From Allofournierella massiliensis (GTDB taxonomy: Bacteria > Bacillota > Clostridia > Oscillospirales > Ruminococcaceae), in assembly GCA_021531255.1 (NCBI GenBank), contig JAFBIO010000004.1: a stretch of 64,000 nt of DNA; one strand, 5' to 3'. A program made the position numbers and the translations under genes. Every line of letters begins with the position of its first letter. Position 1 is the stretch's first letter. This document shows, piece by piece, positions 43,780 through 53,406 of the stretch. Below the pieces are notes generated by a model, which saw nothing but the letters and a program-made list of their open reading frames with translations, ran no database searches and had not been told where the DNA came from.

Positions 43780-45927
43780 TCAGCCCTCCAGGATGCTCAG
43801 CACTGCTTCGGCCACTGCGCCGCCCTCGGCCCAAAGGCCTGCCTCATCGGTGCAGCGCTCATATTCCAGGGCAGTGGTTACAAATCCGCTTTCCAGCAGA
43901 ACCGCCGGGCAGGCGGTGGTGCGGGTGACAAAATAGTAGTCCTCCCGGGCGCCCCGGTTGTTGCAGCCGAAGGCGGCCGCAAAACGGCTGGTAAGGGCCG
44001 CGGCCAGATCTTCGCTCTGGGGGGTGAACCAGTAGCACTCGGTGCCGTTTACATCCAGGGTATCCCGGGTCAGGGCAATGCTGTTGTGGTGCAGGCTGAT
44101 GAAGAAATCCGGCGCCTGAGAATTCACCATCTCCAGTCTCTGGGCCAGGCTCAGATAGCTGTCGTCCGACCGGGTCAGGCTGACCCAGGCGCCCAGCTGC
44201 TCCAGCCGGGCCTTGGCGGCCAGGGTCAGGGCCAGGTTCAGATCCTTTTCCAGAGGGCCGTCGGTGCCGGCACAGCCGCTGGCGCCGTTATCCTCACCGC
44301 CGTGGCCCGCGTCCAGCAGGATGCGCACCCCCTCCAGAGGGGCGTCCGGGTTATCGCTGAGCCGGGGCGTTTTCTTGAGCAGGATCTCCACCCCGTCCTG
44401 GCCATAGCGCACCGTATAGCCCCAGAGAGACTCCTCTTCCCCAAAGGCAAAGCGAAGGGTAAAGCCGGCGGGGGATTCGTCCTCCCCCTCGGCGGGCGGG
44501 ATCTCTCCCACCTCCACCGCTGTAGCCATCTCGCCGCTCTGGAGCGCCGTGCCGGCAAAAGCGGCATCGTAGAAGGTCAGGGTCAGGCTGCCGTCCTCGC
44601 CCCGCTCTGCCAGATACAGGGGCGTGCCGGAGCCCTCCAGCCGCCAGAATTCGCCGGCATCGCTCTGGATGACCGAAAGGCCGGTGAAGGAGGCCTCGGC
44701 AGCGGCCGGGTCGTCCTCTTCCAGCAATTCCACATCAGAGGCCCGCAGCCAGCCGCCGTTTTGCAGCTGGTAGGCCCAGGTGATTTTGGAAGAGCTCACA
44801 TATTCCTCGCTGTCCACTACCCGGGCCATGGCCCCGTTGGGGATGGCGCCAAGAATGGTGGAGGAATCCTCATAATCTGCCAGCAAGCTGGCAATGCCGT
44901 CCGCCGTCACCCGCAGCCATTGGCCCGGCTCGGCCTCCACGCTGCCGTCGCTTTCCGGCTCGGCGGGGGTCCAGTTCGAGGAGGTCTTGTAGGTGACCGT
45001 CACCGTCTGGGAAAAATCCCCCTGGGTGAGGGTAAAGGTGTTTTCTCCCTCGGCAAGGCTCACCGCCTTGGTCCAGACGCCCTTGCTGCCCGGCCGGTCC
45101 ACCGGCTGGCCGTTGAGCAGCACCTCGCTGTCCGGGTCGCTGGTGCCGGTGAGGCAGAGGGTATCATAATAGGTAGAAAAATCATCGGAAGGGTAGCAGA
45201 TGGCGGTCTGCTGGGAAAGGGTGGTATCCGGCAGGGTCTCGGTCCCCTCCTGATAGGCGGCCAGCCGCCGGGCAGGGGAGGGGTCCTGGGAGAGATCGCT
45301 CCACCGGCCCAGCACGCCGCCGGTGCCGGTCTGCCGCAGGGCTGCCAGGCTGGCGGGGCTTACCTCATCCAGCAGGGTCAGGTCTTTTCCGTCGGTATAG
45401 GGCACCGCCCCTTTCAGGGTGGTGGAAAAATCCTCGGCCTGGCCGGCAAACAATACGGTGGGGGAACTCTTTTCGGCCAGTTTCAGGGCCCATTCGGGGG
45501 CGTCTTCCCGGGCAAGGGGATTGCCCTCTTGATTGGTGGCCAGCAGGTAAAAGGCAATGCCGGCCTTGGCACACTGTTTTTTCAGCCGGCTCACCGGGTC
45601 GGTGCCGTCCAGTTCCGGCGCCAGGGCCAGGGAGTCGGTCTTATCCTCAAAAAGGGCGTATTCCCCGTACCGGCCGCTCAGCAAAACACCGGTGCAGCCC
45701 CAGGCCTCGGCCTGTACCGGCACCGCATCCAGAAAATCCAGCTGGTCGGAGATATCCGAACAGGCCAGAAGCTGTTCGGTCCAGCCTTCATCCAGCACCA
45801 GCACCACCGGGGCCTTGACCCGGGCGGCGGGGGGAGAGAAGAAGAGGGCAAAGAGAAAACCGGTCAGAAAAATCAGGATCAGCAAGAAGATCACACAGAG
45901 GAAAAAGGGGAATGTGCGTCGTTTCAT
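43780..45927 (-). CDS. N-acetylmuramoyl-L-alanine amidase (Amidase_3) with N-terminal GHL10-like domain and signal anchor
   Basis: The C-terminus has ILLDAGHGG...D...SLHHNS...E (Amidase_3 zinc ligands). The N-terminal region resembles the YngK/GHL10 hydrolase-like family. RBS AAGGAG. Confidence 0.8.
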   Translation of the reverse strand: MKRRTFPFFLCVIFLLILIFLTGFLFALFFSPPAARVKAPVVLVLDEGWTEQLLACSDISDQLDFLDAVPVQAEAWGCTGVLLSGRYGEYALFEDKTDSLALAPELDGTDPVSRLKKQCAKAGIAFYLLATNQEGNPLAREDAPEWALKLAEKSSPTVLFAGQAEDFSTTLKGAVPYTDGKDLTLLDEVSPASLAALRQTGTGGVLGRWSDLSQDPSPARRLAAYQEGTETLPDTTLSQQTAICYPSDDFSTYYDTLCLTGTSDPDSEVLLNGQPVDRPGSKGVWTKAVSLAEGENTFTLTQGDFSQTVTVTYKTSSNWTPAEPESDGSVEAEPGQWLRVTADGIASLLADYEDSSTILGAIPNGAMARVVDSEEYVSSSKITWAYQLQNGGWLRASDVELLEEDDPAAAEASFTGLSVIQSDAGEFWRLEGSGTPLYLAERGEDGSLTLTFYDAAFAGTALQSGEMATAVEVGEIPPAEGEDESPAGFTLRFAFGEEESLWGYTVRYGQDGVEILLKKTPRLSDNPDAPLEGVRILLDAGHGGEDNGASGCAGTDGPLEKDLNLALTLAAKARLEQLGAWVSLTRSDDSYLSLAQRLEMVNSQAPDFFISLHHNSIALTRDTLDVNGTECYWFTPQSEDLAAALTSRFAAAFGCNNRGAREDYYFVTRTTACPAVLLESGFVTTALEYERCTDEAGLWAEGGAVAEAVLSILEG

Positions 45928-46185
45928 GAAAAAGCTCCTTGATCAATAGGATGGGGATGACCGGCAAAGAGCCGCAGCCTTATTATAACACGGGAAAGCC
46001 CCCCTCCAAACGGCAAAATGCGGCAAATTTCACCAAAATTCGTCCCGACAAAAAAGAGCGGCAAAAAAGCTGCCCCCAAACCGGGAGGGATATGCTATAC
46101 TTTATATACATATTGAAAAGCCGGCGGCGGATATGTCAGCCTGTCCCCGCCGGCGCTGACTCCATAACGGAAAGGAAAAGAATCC

Positions 46186-47019
46186 ATGAAAATACCTGCC
46201 CAGGCTTTTACCCACGGGGGAAAATTCCACGCCGACGATGTATTCAGTGCCGCGCTGCTGCAGATCGTCCGCCCGGACGTCCGCATCCAGCGCGGTTTTG
46301 AGGTGCCGGAAGATTTTGAAGGCCTGGTTTTTGATATCGGCGACGGAATGTTCGATCACCATGCGGAACCCCGGGAGACCCGGCCCAACGGAGTGCCCTA
46401 TGCGGCCTTCGGCAAGCTGTGGCGGGTGCTGGGCCCCGGGCTGGTGGGGGAGAATCAGGCCCGCCTGCTGGACGAAAAATTTATCCAGCCCCTGGACCTG
46501 AACGACAACACCGGCGAGCAGGACAGCCTGGCCGACGCCATCGGCAGCTTCAATCCCCGGTGGGATTCCAAGGAACCGGCGGACGAGTGCTTTGCCCGGG
46601 CGGTAGCCTTTGCCAAAGTAATCCTGGAAAACCGGCTGGAGGAGGCCCGGGCGGTGAGCCGGGCCGACGAGCTGGTGCAGAAGGCCTATGCCAATATGCG
46701 GGATGGCATTGTGGTGCTGCCCTGCTATGCCCCCTGGAAAAACGCCCTTTACCGCAGCGATGCCATCTTTGTGGTATATCCCAGCCAGCGGGGCGGCTGG
46801 GCGGCCCAGTGCGTCAACGACCGGCGCACCAAGAGCCCCAAGCTGCCCTTCCCCTCGGCCTGGGCGGGTCAGCCGGCGGGGGTGCTGGCCCAGCGCAGCG
46901 GCCTGCCCGGCCTGCGCTTTTGCCATGCCAGCCGCTTCTTGGTCACCGGGGAGGATAAGGCCACCGTACTGGCTGCCTGCCGCCAGGTGCTGCAGTCGGC
47001 GGGCCGGCTGAACGGATGA
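46186..47019 (+). CDS. MYG1 family (UPF0160) metal-dependent hydrolase
   Basis: THGGKFHADDVFS...DHH motifs. Confidence 0.8.
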   Translation: MKIPAQAFTHGGKFHADDVFSAALLQIVRPDVRIQRGFEVPEDFEGLVFDIGDGMFDHHAEPRETRPNGVPYAAFGKLWRVLGPGLVGENQARLLDEKFIQPLDLNDNTGEQDSLADAIGSFNPRWDSKEPADECFARAVAFAKVILENRLEEARAVSRADELVQKAYANMRDGIVVLPCYAPWKNALYRSDAIFVVYPSQRGGWAAQCVNDRRTKSPKLPFPSAWAGQPAGVLAQRSGLPGLRFCHASRFLVTGEDKATVLAACRQVLQSAGRLNG

Positions 47020-47363
47020 CAAATGAAAAGGCCGCCAGCTGGGTCTATATGCTTCGCTGCAAAAACGGCAGCCTGTATACCGGCTGGACCAACGACCTGG
47101 TCGCCCGGCTCAGGGCGCACCGGCAGGGGAAGGGGGCCAAATATACCCGGGCCTTTGGGGCCCAGGCTCTGGCCTATGCCCAAAGCCTGCCGGATAAAAG
47201 CCAGGGGCTGCGGCGGGAAGCGGAACTGAAAAAACTGACCCGGGCCCGGAAAGAGGAACTCTGCCGGGCCTGGCAGGCCCGGGGGGAAAACGCCCCCGGC
47301 TTTGCCGAGGGGCAGGCGGCCTTTGGCCCGGCCCCACAGGAGGAGAAGAAGGAAAAGGGATAA
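47016..47363 (+). CDS. GIY-YIG nuclease family protein (UPF0213/YhbQ-like)
   Basis: WVYMLRCKNGSLYTGWTNDLVARLRAH is a GIY-YIG core. Its ATG overlaps the MYG1 stop (ATGA). Confidence 0.75.
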   Translation: MTNEKAASWVYMLRCKNGSLYTGWTNDLVARLRAHRQGKGAKYTRAFGAQALAYAQSLPDKSQGLRREAELKKLTRARKEELCRAWQARGENAPGFAEGQAAFGPAPQEEKKEKG

Positions 47364-47366
47364 GCA

Positions 47367-48299
47367 TTGGAACTGAGTTTGCTTTTGATGGAAAATATCC
47401 TCTCCATGGCCTTTATGGCCCTGGTGGGCTGGATGGCGGCCAAAACCGGCGTGATCCGCCCGGGAGGAGCGACGGTGCTCTCGGCCTTCTGTCTGTACAT
47501 CATCTGCCCCTGTGTGAACATCGTGGCTTTCCAGGTGGACCGGGGCCCGGATACCCAGACCGGCCTGCTGGTCACCCTGGTGGCGGCGGTGGGGATACAG
47601 GGGCTTTACCTGCTGGTGACCACCCTGCTGGCTAAACCCTTCCGGCTGGACGCGGTGGAGCAGGGCAGCCTGATCTATTCCAACGCAGGCAACTTGATCG
47701 TCCCTCTGGTCACGGCCATGCTGGGGCGGGAAAAGATCCTGTATGCCTGCGCCTTCCGGGTCATCCAGATCCCGCTCATGTGGACCCACTACCCCTGGCT
47801 GCTCAACCCCAAGGCCAAGACCGACTGGCTCAAACTGCTGCGCAACCCCAACATCCTCTCGGTGGGGGCGGGGCTCTTCCTCTTCTTTTCCGGTCTGCGG
47901 CTGCCCGGCGTGGTTTCCGGTGCGGTGGAATCCATCAGCGGCTGTATGGGCCCGGTGAGCATGTTCAATATCGGGCTGCTGATGGCTGAGATCGACTGGA
48001 GCCTTCTGCTGGGCTCGGTGCGCAGCTGGCTCATTGCCCTGGGTCGGCTGGTGGCCTATCCCATGCTCTTTATCCTGTTCACGGCGGCCACCGGCGTTAC
48101 CGCCCGGCTGCCCGGTGCCCAGGAATGGCTGCTGATCACTCTTCTGGCCTGCTCGGCGCCGGTGGCGGTAAACGTGGCCCAGATCGCCGAGGTGTCGGGC
48201 GGGGACGGCCCCCGGGCCGGGGCGGTGGTGGCCCTTTCCACCCTGCTGTCCATTGTTACCATGCCGCTGATGGCCCTGTTGTACCAGATGTTCTGCTGA
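47367..48299 (+). CDS. AEC family transporter (auxin efflux carrier/malate permease-like), copy 1
   Basis: TTG start after AAGGAAAAGGGA. Ten TMs. Confidence 0.8.
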   Translation: MELSLLLMENILSMAFMALVGWMAAKTGVIRPGGATVLSAFCLYIICPCVNIVAFQVDRGPDTQTGLLVTLVAAVGIQGLYLLVTTLLAKPFRLDAVEQGSLIYSNAGNLIVPLVTAMLGREKILYACAFRVIQIPLMWTHYPWLLNPKAKTDWLKLLRNPNILSVGAGLFLFFSGLRLPGVVSGAVESISGCMGPVSMFNIGLLMAEIDWSLLLGSVRSWLIALGRLVAYPMLFILFTAATGVTARLPGAQEWLLITLLACSAPVAVNVAQIAEVSGGDGPRAGAVVALSTLLSIVTMPLMALLYQMFC

Positions 48300-48312
48300 G
48301 AGGGGGAGGAAT

Positions 48313-49245
48313 ATGGAACTGAGTTACCTGCTCATGCAGAGCATCCTTTCCATGGCGGTGATGGTGCTGATGGGCTGGGCCGGCGTGAAAAGCGGCGTGC
48401 TGAAACTGGAGGATTCCCGGGTGGTGGCGGCGCTTTCCCTGTACATCGTCTGCCCCTGCATGATGCTCTCGGCCTTTCAGGTGGAATTCAGCCCCCAGAA
48501 ACTGCATGGCCTGCTGCTGGCCCTGGCGGCGGCCATCCTGATCCACGGGGTGTACATCCTGTTTACCCTGCTGCTGGCCGGGCCCTTCGGGCTGGACGGG
48601 GTGGAAAAAGGCAGCCTGATCTATTCCAACAGCGGCAACCTGATCATCCCTCTGGTCACCAGCCTGCTGGGCAAGGAATACGTCCTCTTCACCAGCCCCT
48701 TTCTGACGGTGCAGATCGTCCTTTCCTGGACCCACTGCGTCAAGCTGGTCTGCCCCTCTGCCCGGCTGGATCTCTGGAAGATCCTGAAAAACCCCAACAT
48801 CCTGGCCACCCTGGCGGGCATGGTCCTGTTCTTCGGCCAGCTGCGTCTGCCCGGGGTGGTGGCCTCGGCGGTGGACAGTGTGGGCGCCTGCGTGGGGCCC
48901 CTGGGGATGTTCAGCATCGGGATGCTGATGGCGGGGGCCGATTGGGGGCGGGTCTTCCGCTCCAAGCGGAACTATGCCATTGTGCTGGGCCGGCTGGTGC
49001 TTTACCCGGCTCTCTTCGCGGTGCTGGTCTGCCTGAGCCGGATCACCTTCTGGATGGAAGGGGCCCGGCAGGTTCTGCTGGTGACCATGCTGGCCGCCTG
49101 CGCCCCGGTGGCGGTTACCATCAGCCAGATGGCCGACCTGTTCGGGGCCGATAGCCGGAAGGCCGGGGTTCTGAATGTGCTGTCAGTGGTCTTTTCCATT
49201 CTCACCATGCCCCTGCTGGTCATGCTGTACCAGACCATCTGCTGA
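48313..49245 (+). CDS. AEC family transporter, copy 2
   Basis: ATG after GGGGGAGGAA. Tandem paralog of the upstream gene (MELSxLLMxxILSMAxMxLxGW). Confidence 0.85.
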   Translation: MELSYLLMQSILSMAVMVLMGWAGVKSGVLKLEDSRVVAALSLYIVCPCMMLSAFQVEFSPQKLHGLLLALAAAILIHGVYILFTLLLAGPFGLDGVEKGSLIYSNSGNLIIPLVTSLLGKEYVLFTSPFLTVQIVLSWTHCVKLVCPSARLDLWKILKNPNILATLAGMVLFFGQLRLPGVVASAVDSVGACVGPLGMFSIGMLMAGADWGRVFRSKRNYAIVLGRLVLYPALFAVLVCLSRITFWMEGARQVLLVTMLAACAPVAVTISQMADLFGADSRKAGVLNVLSVVFSILTMPLLVMLYQTIC

Positions 49246-49248
49246 AAC

Positions 49249-49266
49249 TTGCATAATATTCATTCA
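49249..49266. promoter_or_regulatory. ARG box-like site (ArgR/AhrC operator), distal
   Basis: TGCATAATATTCATTCAT matches the TGAATAATATTCA-type ARG box at 12 of 14 core positions. Confidence 0.45.
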
Positions 49267-49445
49267 TCTGCAGTGCAGGCGGCGCGCCCCGGCGGGCCCG
49301 CCGCCTGCTTTTTGGCCCAAAATGGCGGCGATTGGCGAAAAAAGCAGGAAGCGGGCGGGAGGATAAAAGGGGCGGAGGGAGGCAGTTTTGTTGGTCCCGG
49401 CGAAAAAAAGAGGGCCGCAAGGGAGAACTTTGTGCAACTTGGGCC

Positions 49446-49473
49446 TTGACGATGCCCTAAAAGAGTGTATAAT
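49446..49473 (+). promoter_or_regulatory. argG sigma-A promoter (TTGACG-16-TATAAT)
   Basis: The sequence is ttgacgatgccctaaaagagtgtataat. An ARG box lies 12 nt downstream of the -10 hexamer. Confidence 0.65.
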
Positions 49474-49483
49474 AATACCTACT

Positions 49484-49503
49484 TGATGAATATTTATTCA
49501 TCC
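49484..49503. promoter_or_regulatory. ARG box (ArgR/AhrC operator), perfect palindrome ATGAATATTTATTCAT
   Basis: tgATGAATATTTATTCATcc is an 18-bp palindrome fitting the TNTGAATWWWWATTCANW consensus. It overlaps the transcription start region of argG. Confidence 0.7.
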
Positions 49504-49611
49504 GACAGAGAAATACGCGGCAGACATGGGAGCAGCAGGCACCCCGCCGCTTACACACCAAAGGCGCCGCCCCGTCCCCCCGGGCAGCGGACAGGAAAAG
49601 GAGAGTCCATC

Positions 49612-50844
49612 ATGAAAAAAGAAGACATCAAAAAGGTCGTTCTGGCCTATTCCGGCGGTCTGGATACTTCCATCATCATTCCCTGGCTGAAGGAAAACTA
49701 CAACAACTGTGAGGTCATCGCGGTTTCCGGCGACGTGGGCCAGGGCACCGAGCTGGACGGCCTGGAAGAAAAGGCTATCAAGACCGGCGCTTCCAAGCTG
49801 TATGTGCTGGACCTGAAGAAGGATTTTGTGGAAAATTACATCTTCCCCACCCTCAAGTTCGGCGCCAAATATGAGGATTACCTGCTGGGCACCAGCTTTG
49901 CCCGGCCCTGCATCGCCAAGGCTCTGGCCGAGATCGCCCACAAGGAAGGGGCGGACGCCATCTGCCACGGCTGCACCGGCAAGGGCAACGACCAGGTGCG
50001 GTTTGAGCTGACCCTCAAGGCTTTCTGCCCGGATATGGCCATCATCGCCCCCTGGCGGGAGTGGGATATCAAGAGCCGGGACGAGGAGATCGACTACGCC
50101 GAGGCCCATCACATCCCCCTCAAGATCAACCGGGAGACCAACTACTCCAAGGATAAGAACCTGTGGCACCTGAGCCACGAGGGCCTGGATCTGGAAAACC
50201 CCGCCAACGAGCCCCAGTACAACAAGCCCGGCTTCCTGGAGCTGGGCGTTAGCCCCGAGCAGGCCCCCGACACCCCCACCTATGTGACCATCCACTTCGA
50301 GAAGGGCGTGCCCACCGCGGTGGACGGCAAGGAGATGGGTGCCGTGGAACTGGTGGAGGCCCTGAACAAGGTGGGCGGCGCCAATGGCATCGGCCTGCTG
50401 GACATTGTGGAAAACCGGCTGGTGGGCATGAAGAGCCGGGGCGTGTACGAGACCCCCGGCGGCGCCATCCTGTACAAGGCCATCAATGTGCTGGAGACCA
50501 TCACCCTGGATAAGGAGAGCGCCCACTTCAAGGCTCAGCTGGCCCAGAAGTATGCCGATATCGTCTACAACGGCCAGTGGTTCACCCCCCTGCGGGAAGC
50601 CCTGGACGCCTTTGCCGACAAACTGATGGAGACCGTCACCGGCGATGTGAAGCTCAAGCTGTACAAGGGCAACATGATCAACGCGGGCGTTACCTCGCCC
50701 TACACCCTGTACGACGAGCAGACCGCTTCCTTCGGCGAGGACGAGGATTACAACCAGGCGGATTCTGCCGGCTTCATCAACCTGTTCGGTCTGTCCATCA
50801 AGGAGAAGGCCAAGCTCAGCAAGAAGTGGCCTCCCATCAAATAA
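49612..50844 (+). CDS. argG: Argininosuccinate synthase
   Basis: [11 protein letters not shown]-loop and the rest of the ArgG family sequence. RBS AAAAGGAGAG. Confidence 0.95.
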   Translation: MKKEDIKKVVLAYSGGLDTSIIIPWLKENYNNCEVIAVSGDVGQGTELDGLEEKAIKTGASKLYVLDLKKDFVENYIFPTLKFGAKYEDYLLGTSFARPCIAKALAEIAHKEGADAICHGCTGKGNDQVRFELTLKAFCPDMAIIAPWREWDIKSRDEEIDYAEAHHIPLKINRETNYSKDKNLWHLSHEGLDLENPANEPQYNKPGFLELGVSPEQAPDTPTYVTIHFEKGVPTAVDGKEMGAVELVEALNKVGGANGIGLLDIVENRLVGMKSRGVYETPGGAILYKAINVLETITLDKESAHFKAQLAQKYADIVYNGQWFTPLREALDAFADKLMETVTGDVKLKLYKGNMINAGVTSPYTLYDEQTASFGEDEDYNQADSAGFINLFGLSIKEKAKLSKKWPPIK

Positions 50845-50869
50845 GGCAGGCAGCAGCCGAAATTTTCGT

Positions 50870-50909
50870 GCCGCCAGGGGAGGGGGGCTCCCCTGGCGGC
50901 CGTTTTTTT
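50870..50909 (+). terminator. Intrinsic terminator/attenuator hairpin between argG and argH
   Basis: gccgccaggggagggg-ggct-cccctggcggc followed by CGTTTTTTT. Confidence 0.6.
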
Positions 50910-50983
50910 CAGCGGGGAAAAGCCCCGCGCCCAAAAATAAAAACGGGCAGCCCCGGGCGGCCCGGTACAGGAGCAAGGTTATC

Positions 50984-52432
50984 ATGGCACAGTTATGGCA
51001 GGGACGGTTCTCCAAAGCCGTCGATTCCCGCGTGAACGATTTCAATTCCAGCATCCGGTTCGACAGCCGGATGTTCCGCCAGGACATCAACGGCAGCATG
51101 GCCCACGCCACCATGCTGGGGGAGCAGGGCATCATCAGCCCCGAGGACCAGGAGGCCATCCTGGACGGGCTGCAGGGCATCCTCACCGATCTGCAGGAGG
51201 GGGAACTCTCCATTGACCCGGAGGCGGAGGATATCCATACCTTTATTGAGCAGACCCTCACCGCCCGCATCGGCGACGCGGGCAAGCGGCTGCACACCGG
51301 CCGCAGCCGGAACGACCAGGTGGCCCTGGATATCCGCCTTACCCTGCGGGATGAGTCGGAGAAGATCCTGGGCCAGATCCTGGACCTGGCCCAGAGCCTC
51401 TGCCGTCAGGCCGAGGCCAACCTGGAAAGCGTCATGCCCGGCTACACCCACCTGCAGCGTGCCCAGCCGGTCACCTTCGGCCACCAGCTCATGGCCTATG
51501 TCTGGATGCTTTTGCGGGATGCCGGCCGCATCCAGGACGCCCTGAAGCGGATGATGGCCTATTGCCCTCTGGGCAGCGGGGCCCTGGCCGGTACCACCTA
51601 CCCGCTGGACCGGCAGCTCACCGCCAGTCTTCTGGGCTTTGGGGAACCCTGTCCCAACAGCCTGGACGGCGTTTCCGACCGGGACTTCTGCATCGAGCTC
51701 TGCGCGGCCTTTGCCACCTGCATGATGCACCTGTCCCGCCTGTCCGAGGAGATCATCCTCTGGTGCAGCTGGGAATTCCGGTTTGTGGAACTGGACGATG
51801 CCTTCACCACCGGCTCCAGCATCATGCCCCAGAAAAAGAATCCCGACGTCACCGAGCTGATCCGGGGTAAGACCGGCCGGGTCTACGGTGACCTCACCAC
51901 CCTGCTTACCATGATGAAGGGGATCAGCCTTGCCTATGACAAGGATATGCAGGAGGACAAGGAGGCCATGTGGGATGCCATCGACACCCTCAGCCTCTGC
52001 CTTACCACCCTCACCCCCCTCATCGACACCATGAAGGCCCTGCCCCAGAATATGCGGGCGGCGGCGGCCGGCGGATTCATCAACGCCACCGATTGTGCCG
52101 ACTACCTCACCAAGAAGGGGATGCCTTTCCGGGATGCCTACAAGCTCACCGGCAGCCTGGTGGCCTACTGCATCGACCACCACACCACCCTGGAAGCCCT
52201 GCCCCTGGAAACCTACCGGCAGCACAGCCCCCTGTTTGAGGAGGATGTCTACCAGGCCATCGATCTGCTCAACTGCTGCGAAGGCCGCACCAGCTACGGC
52301 GGCCCCAGCAAGGCCGGGGTACAGGGCCAGCTGCAGAAGGCCCGGCAGGAGATCGAAACCATCCGGAATGGTTTGGAGGGAGAGGCGGATATCCCGCCCC
52401 AGAACGAAACAGAAGAGGAGGATCATCCATGA
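50984..52432 (+). CDS. argH: Argininosuccinate lyase
   Basis: Fumarate-lyase signature GSSIMPQKKNPD. Confidence 0.95.
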   Translation: MAQLWQGRFSKAVDSRVNDFNSSIRFDSRMFRQDINGSMAHATMLGEQGIISPEDQEAILDGLQGILTDLQEGELSIDPEAEDIHTFIEQTLTARIGDAGKRLHTGRSRNDQVALDIRLTLRDESEKILGQILDLAQSLCRQAEANLESVMPGYTHLQRAQPVTFGHQLMAYVWMLLRDAGRIQDALKRMMAYCPLGSGALAGTTYPLDRQLTASLLGFGEPCPNSLDGVSDRDFCIELCAAFATCMMHLSRLSEEIILWCSWEFRFVELDDAFTTGSSIMPQKKNPDVTELIRGKTGRVYGDLTTLLTMMKGISLAYDKDMQEDKEAMWDAIDTLSLCLTTLTPLIDTMKALPQNMRAAAAGGFINATDCADYLTKKGMPFRDAYKLTGSLVAYCIDHHTTLEALPLETYRQHSPLFEEDVYQAIDLLNCCEGRTSYGGPSKAGVQGQLQKARQEIETIRNGLEGEADIPPQNETEEEDHP

Positions 52433-53370
52433 GCGCTACGTATAAAGTTTTCATCGACGGCTCTTCCGGCACCACCGGCCTGCGCATTGCCGACCGTCTG
52501 GCAGCCCGCCCCGAGATCCAGCTGCTGAGCATCTCGGAGGAAGGCCGCAAGGATGTGCAGGAGCGGGCCAAGGTCATCAACAGCGCCGATCTTGCCTTCC
52601 TCTGCCTGCCCGATGACGCCGCCCGGGAAGTGATGCCCCAGCTGCGGCCGGATGTGAAGATCCTGGATACCTCCACGGCACACCGCACTTCCCCCGGCTG
52701 GGTCTACGGCTTCCCCGAGCTGGCCGGCCAGCGGGAAAAGATCCGCCAGAGCTGCCGGGTGGCCGTGCCCGGCTGCCATGCCAGCGGCTTTATCGCCCTG
52801 GCTGCGCCCCTTGTCCAGAAAGGGCTGGTGCCCGCCGATTACCCCTTCTCCTGCCACAGCCTCACCGGCTATTCCGGCGGCGGCAAGAAGATGATCGGCC
52901 AGTATCGTGACCCGGCCCGCCCGGTGGATTACGACAGCCCCCGGGCCTATGCCCTGGGCCTGCACCACAAGCACCTGCCCGAGATGAAGGCGGTCTGCGG
53001 TCTTTCTGCGGCCCCCATCTTCTGCCCCATCGTGGCCGACTACTACTCCGGCATGCAGACCTCCATCCCTCTGCGGATGGAACTGCTGAAAGCAGACCCC
53101 GCCGCCATCGCCGCCGCCATGGAGGAATATTACCAGGGCGAAAAGGTGGTCACGGTCCATCCCCTGGGGGATATCCCCTCGGATCAGTTCCTGGCCGGCA
53201 ACCTGCTGGCCGGCACCGACCGGATGGAGATCTACCTCACGGCCAGCCCGGACGGCTCTCAGATGCTTCTGATCAGCCTCTTCGACAACCTGGGCAAGGG
53301 CTCCAGCGGGGCGGCCGTCCAGTGCATGAACCTGATGCTGGGGCTGGAAGAGACCGCAGGGCTGGAATAA
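52429..53370 (+). CDS. argC: N-acetyl-gamma-glutamyl-phosphate reductase
   Basis: Active-site VAVPGCHASG (catalytic Cys) and an N-terminal NAD(P)-binding GSSGTTG motif. Its start overlaps the argH stop. Confidence 0.9.
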   Translation: MSATYKVFIDGSSGTTGLRIADRLAARPEIQLLSISEEGRKDVQERAKVINSADLAFLCLPDDAAREVMPQLRPDVKILDTSTAHRTSPGWVYGFPELAGQREKIRQSCRVAVPGCHASGFIALAAPLVQKGLVPADYPFSCHSLTGYSGGGKKMIGQYRDPARPVDYDSPRAYALGLHHKHLPEMKAVCGLSAAPIFCPIVADYYSGMQTSIPLRMELLKADPAAIAAAMEEYYQGEKVVTVHPLGDIPSDQFLAGNLLAGTDRMEIYLTASPDGSQMLLISLFDNLGKGSSGAAVQCMNLMLGLEETAGLE

Positions 53371-53406
53371 GCCCTGCCCAGGGAAAAGAACAAAGGAGGG
53401 ATCTCC

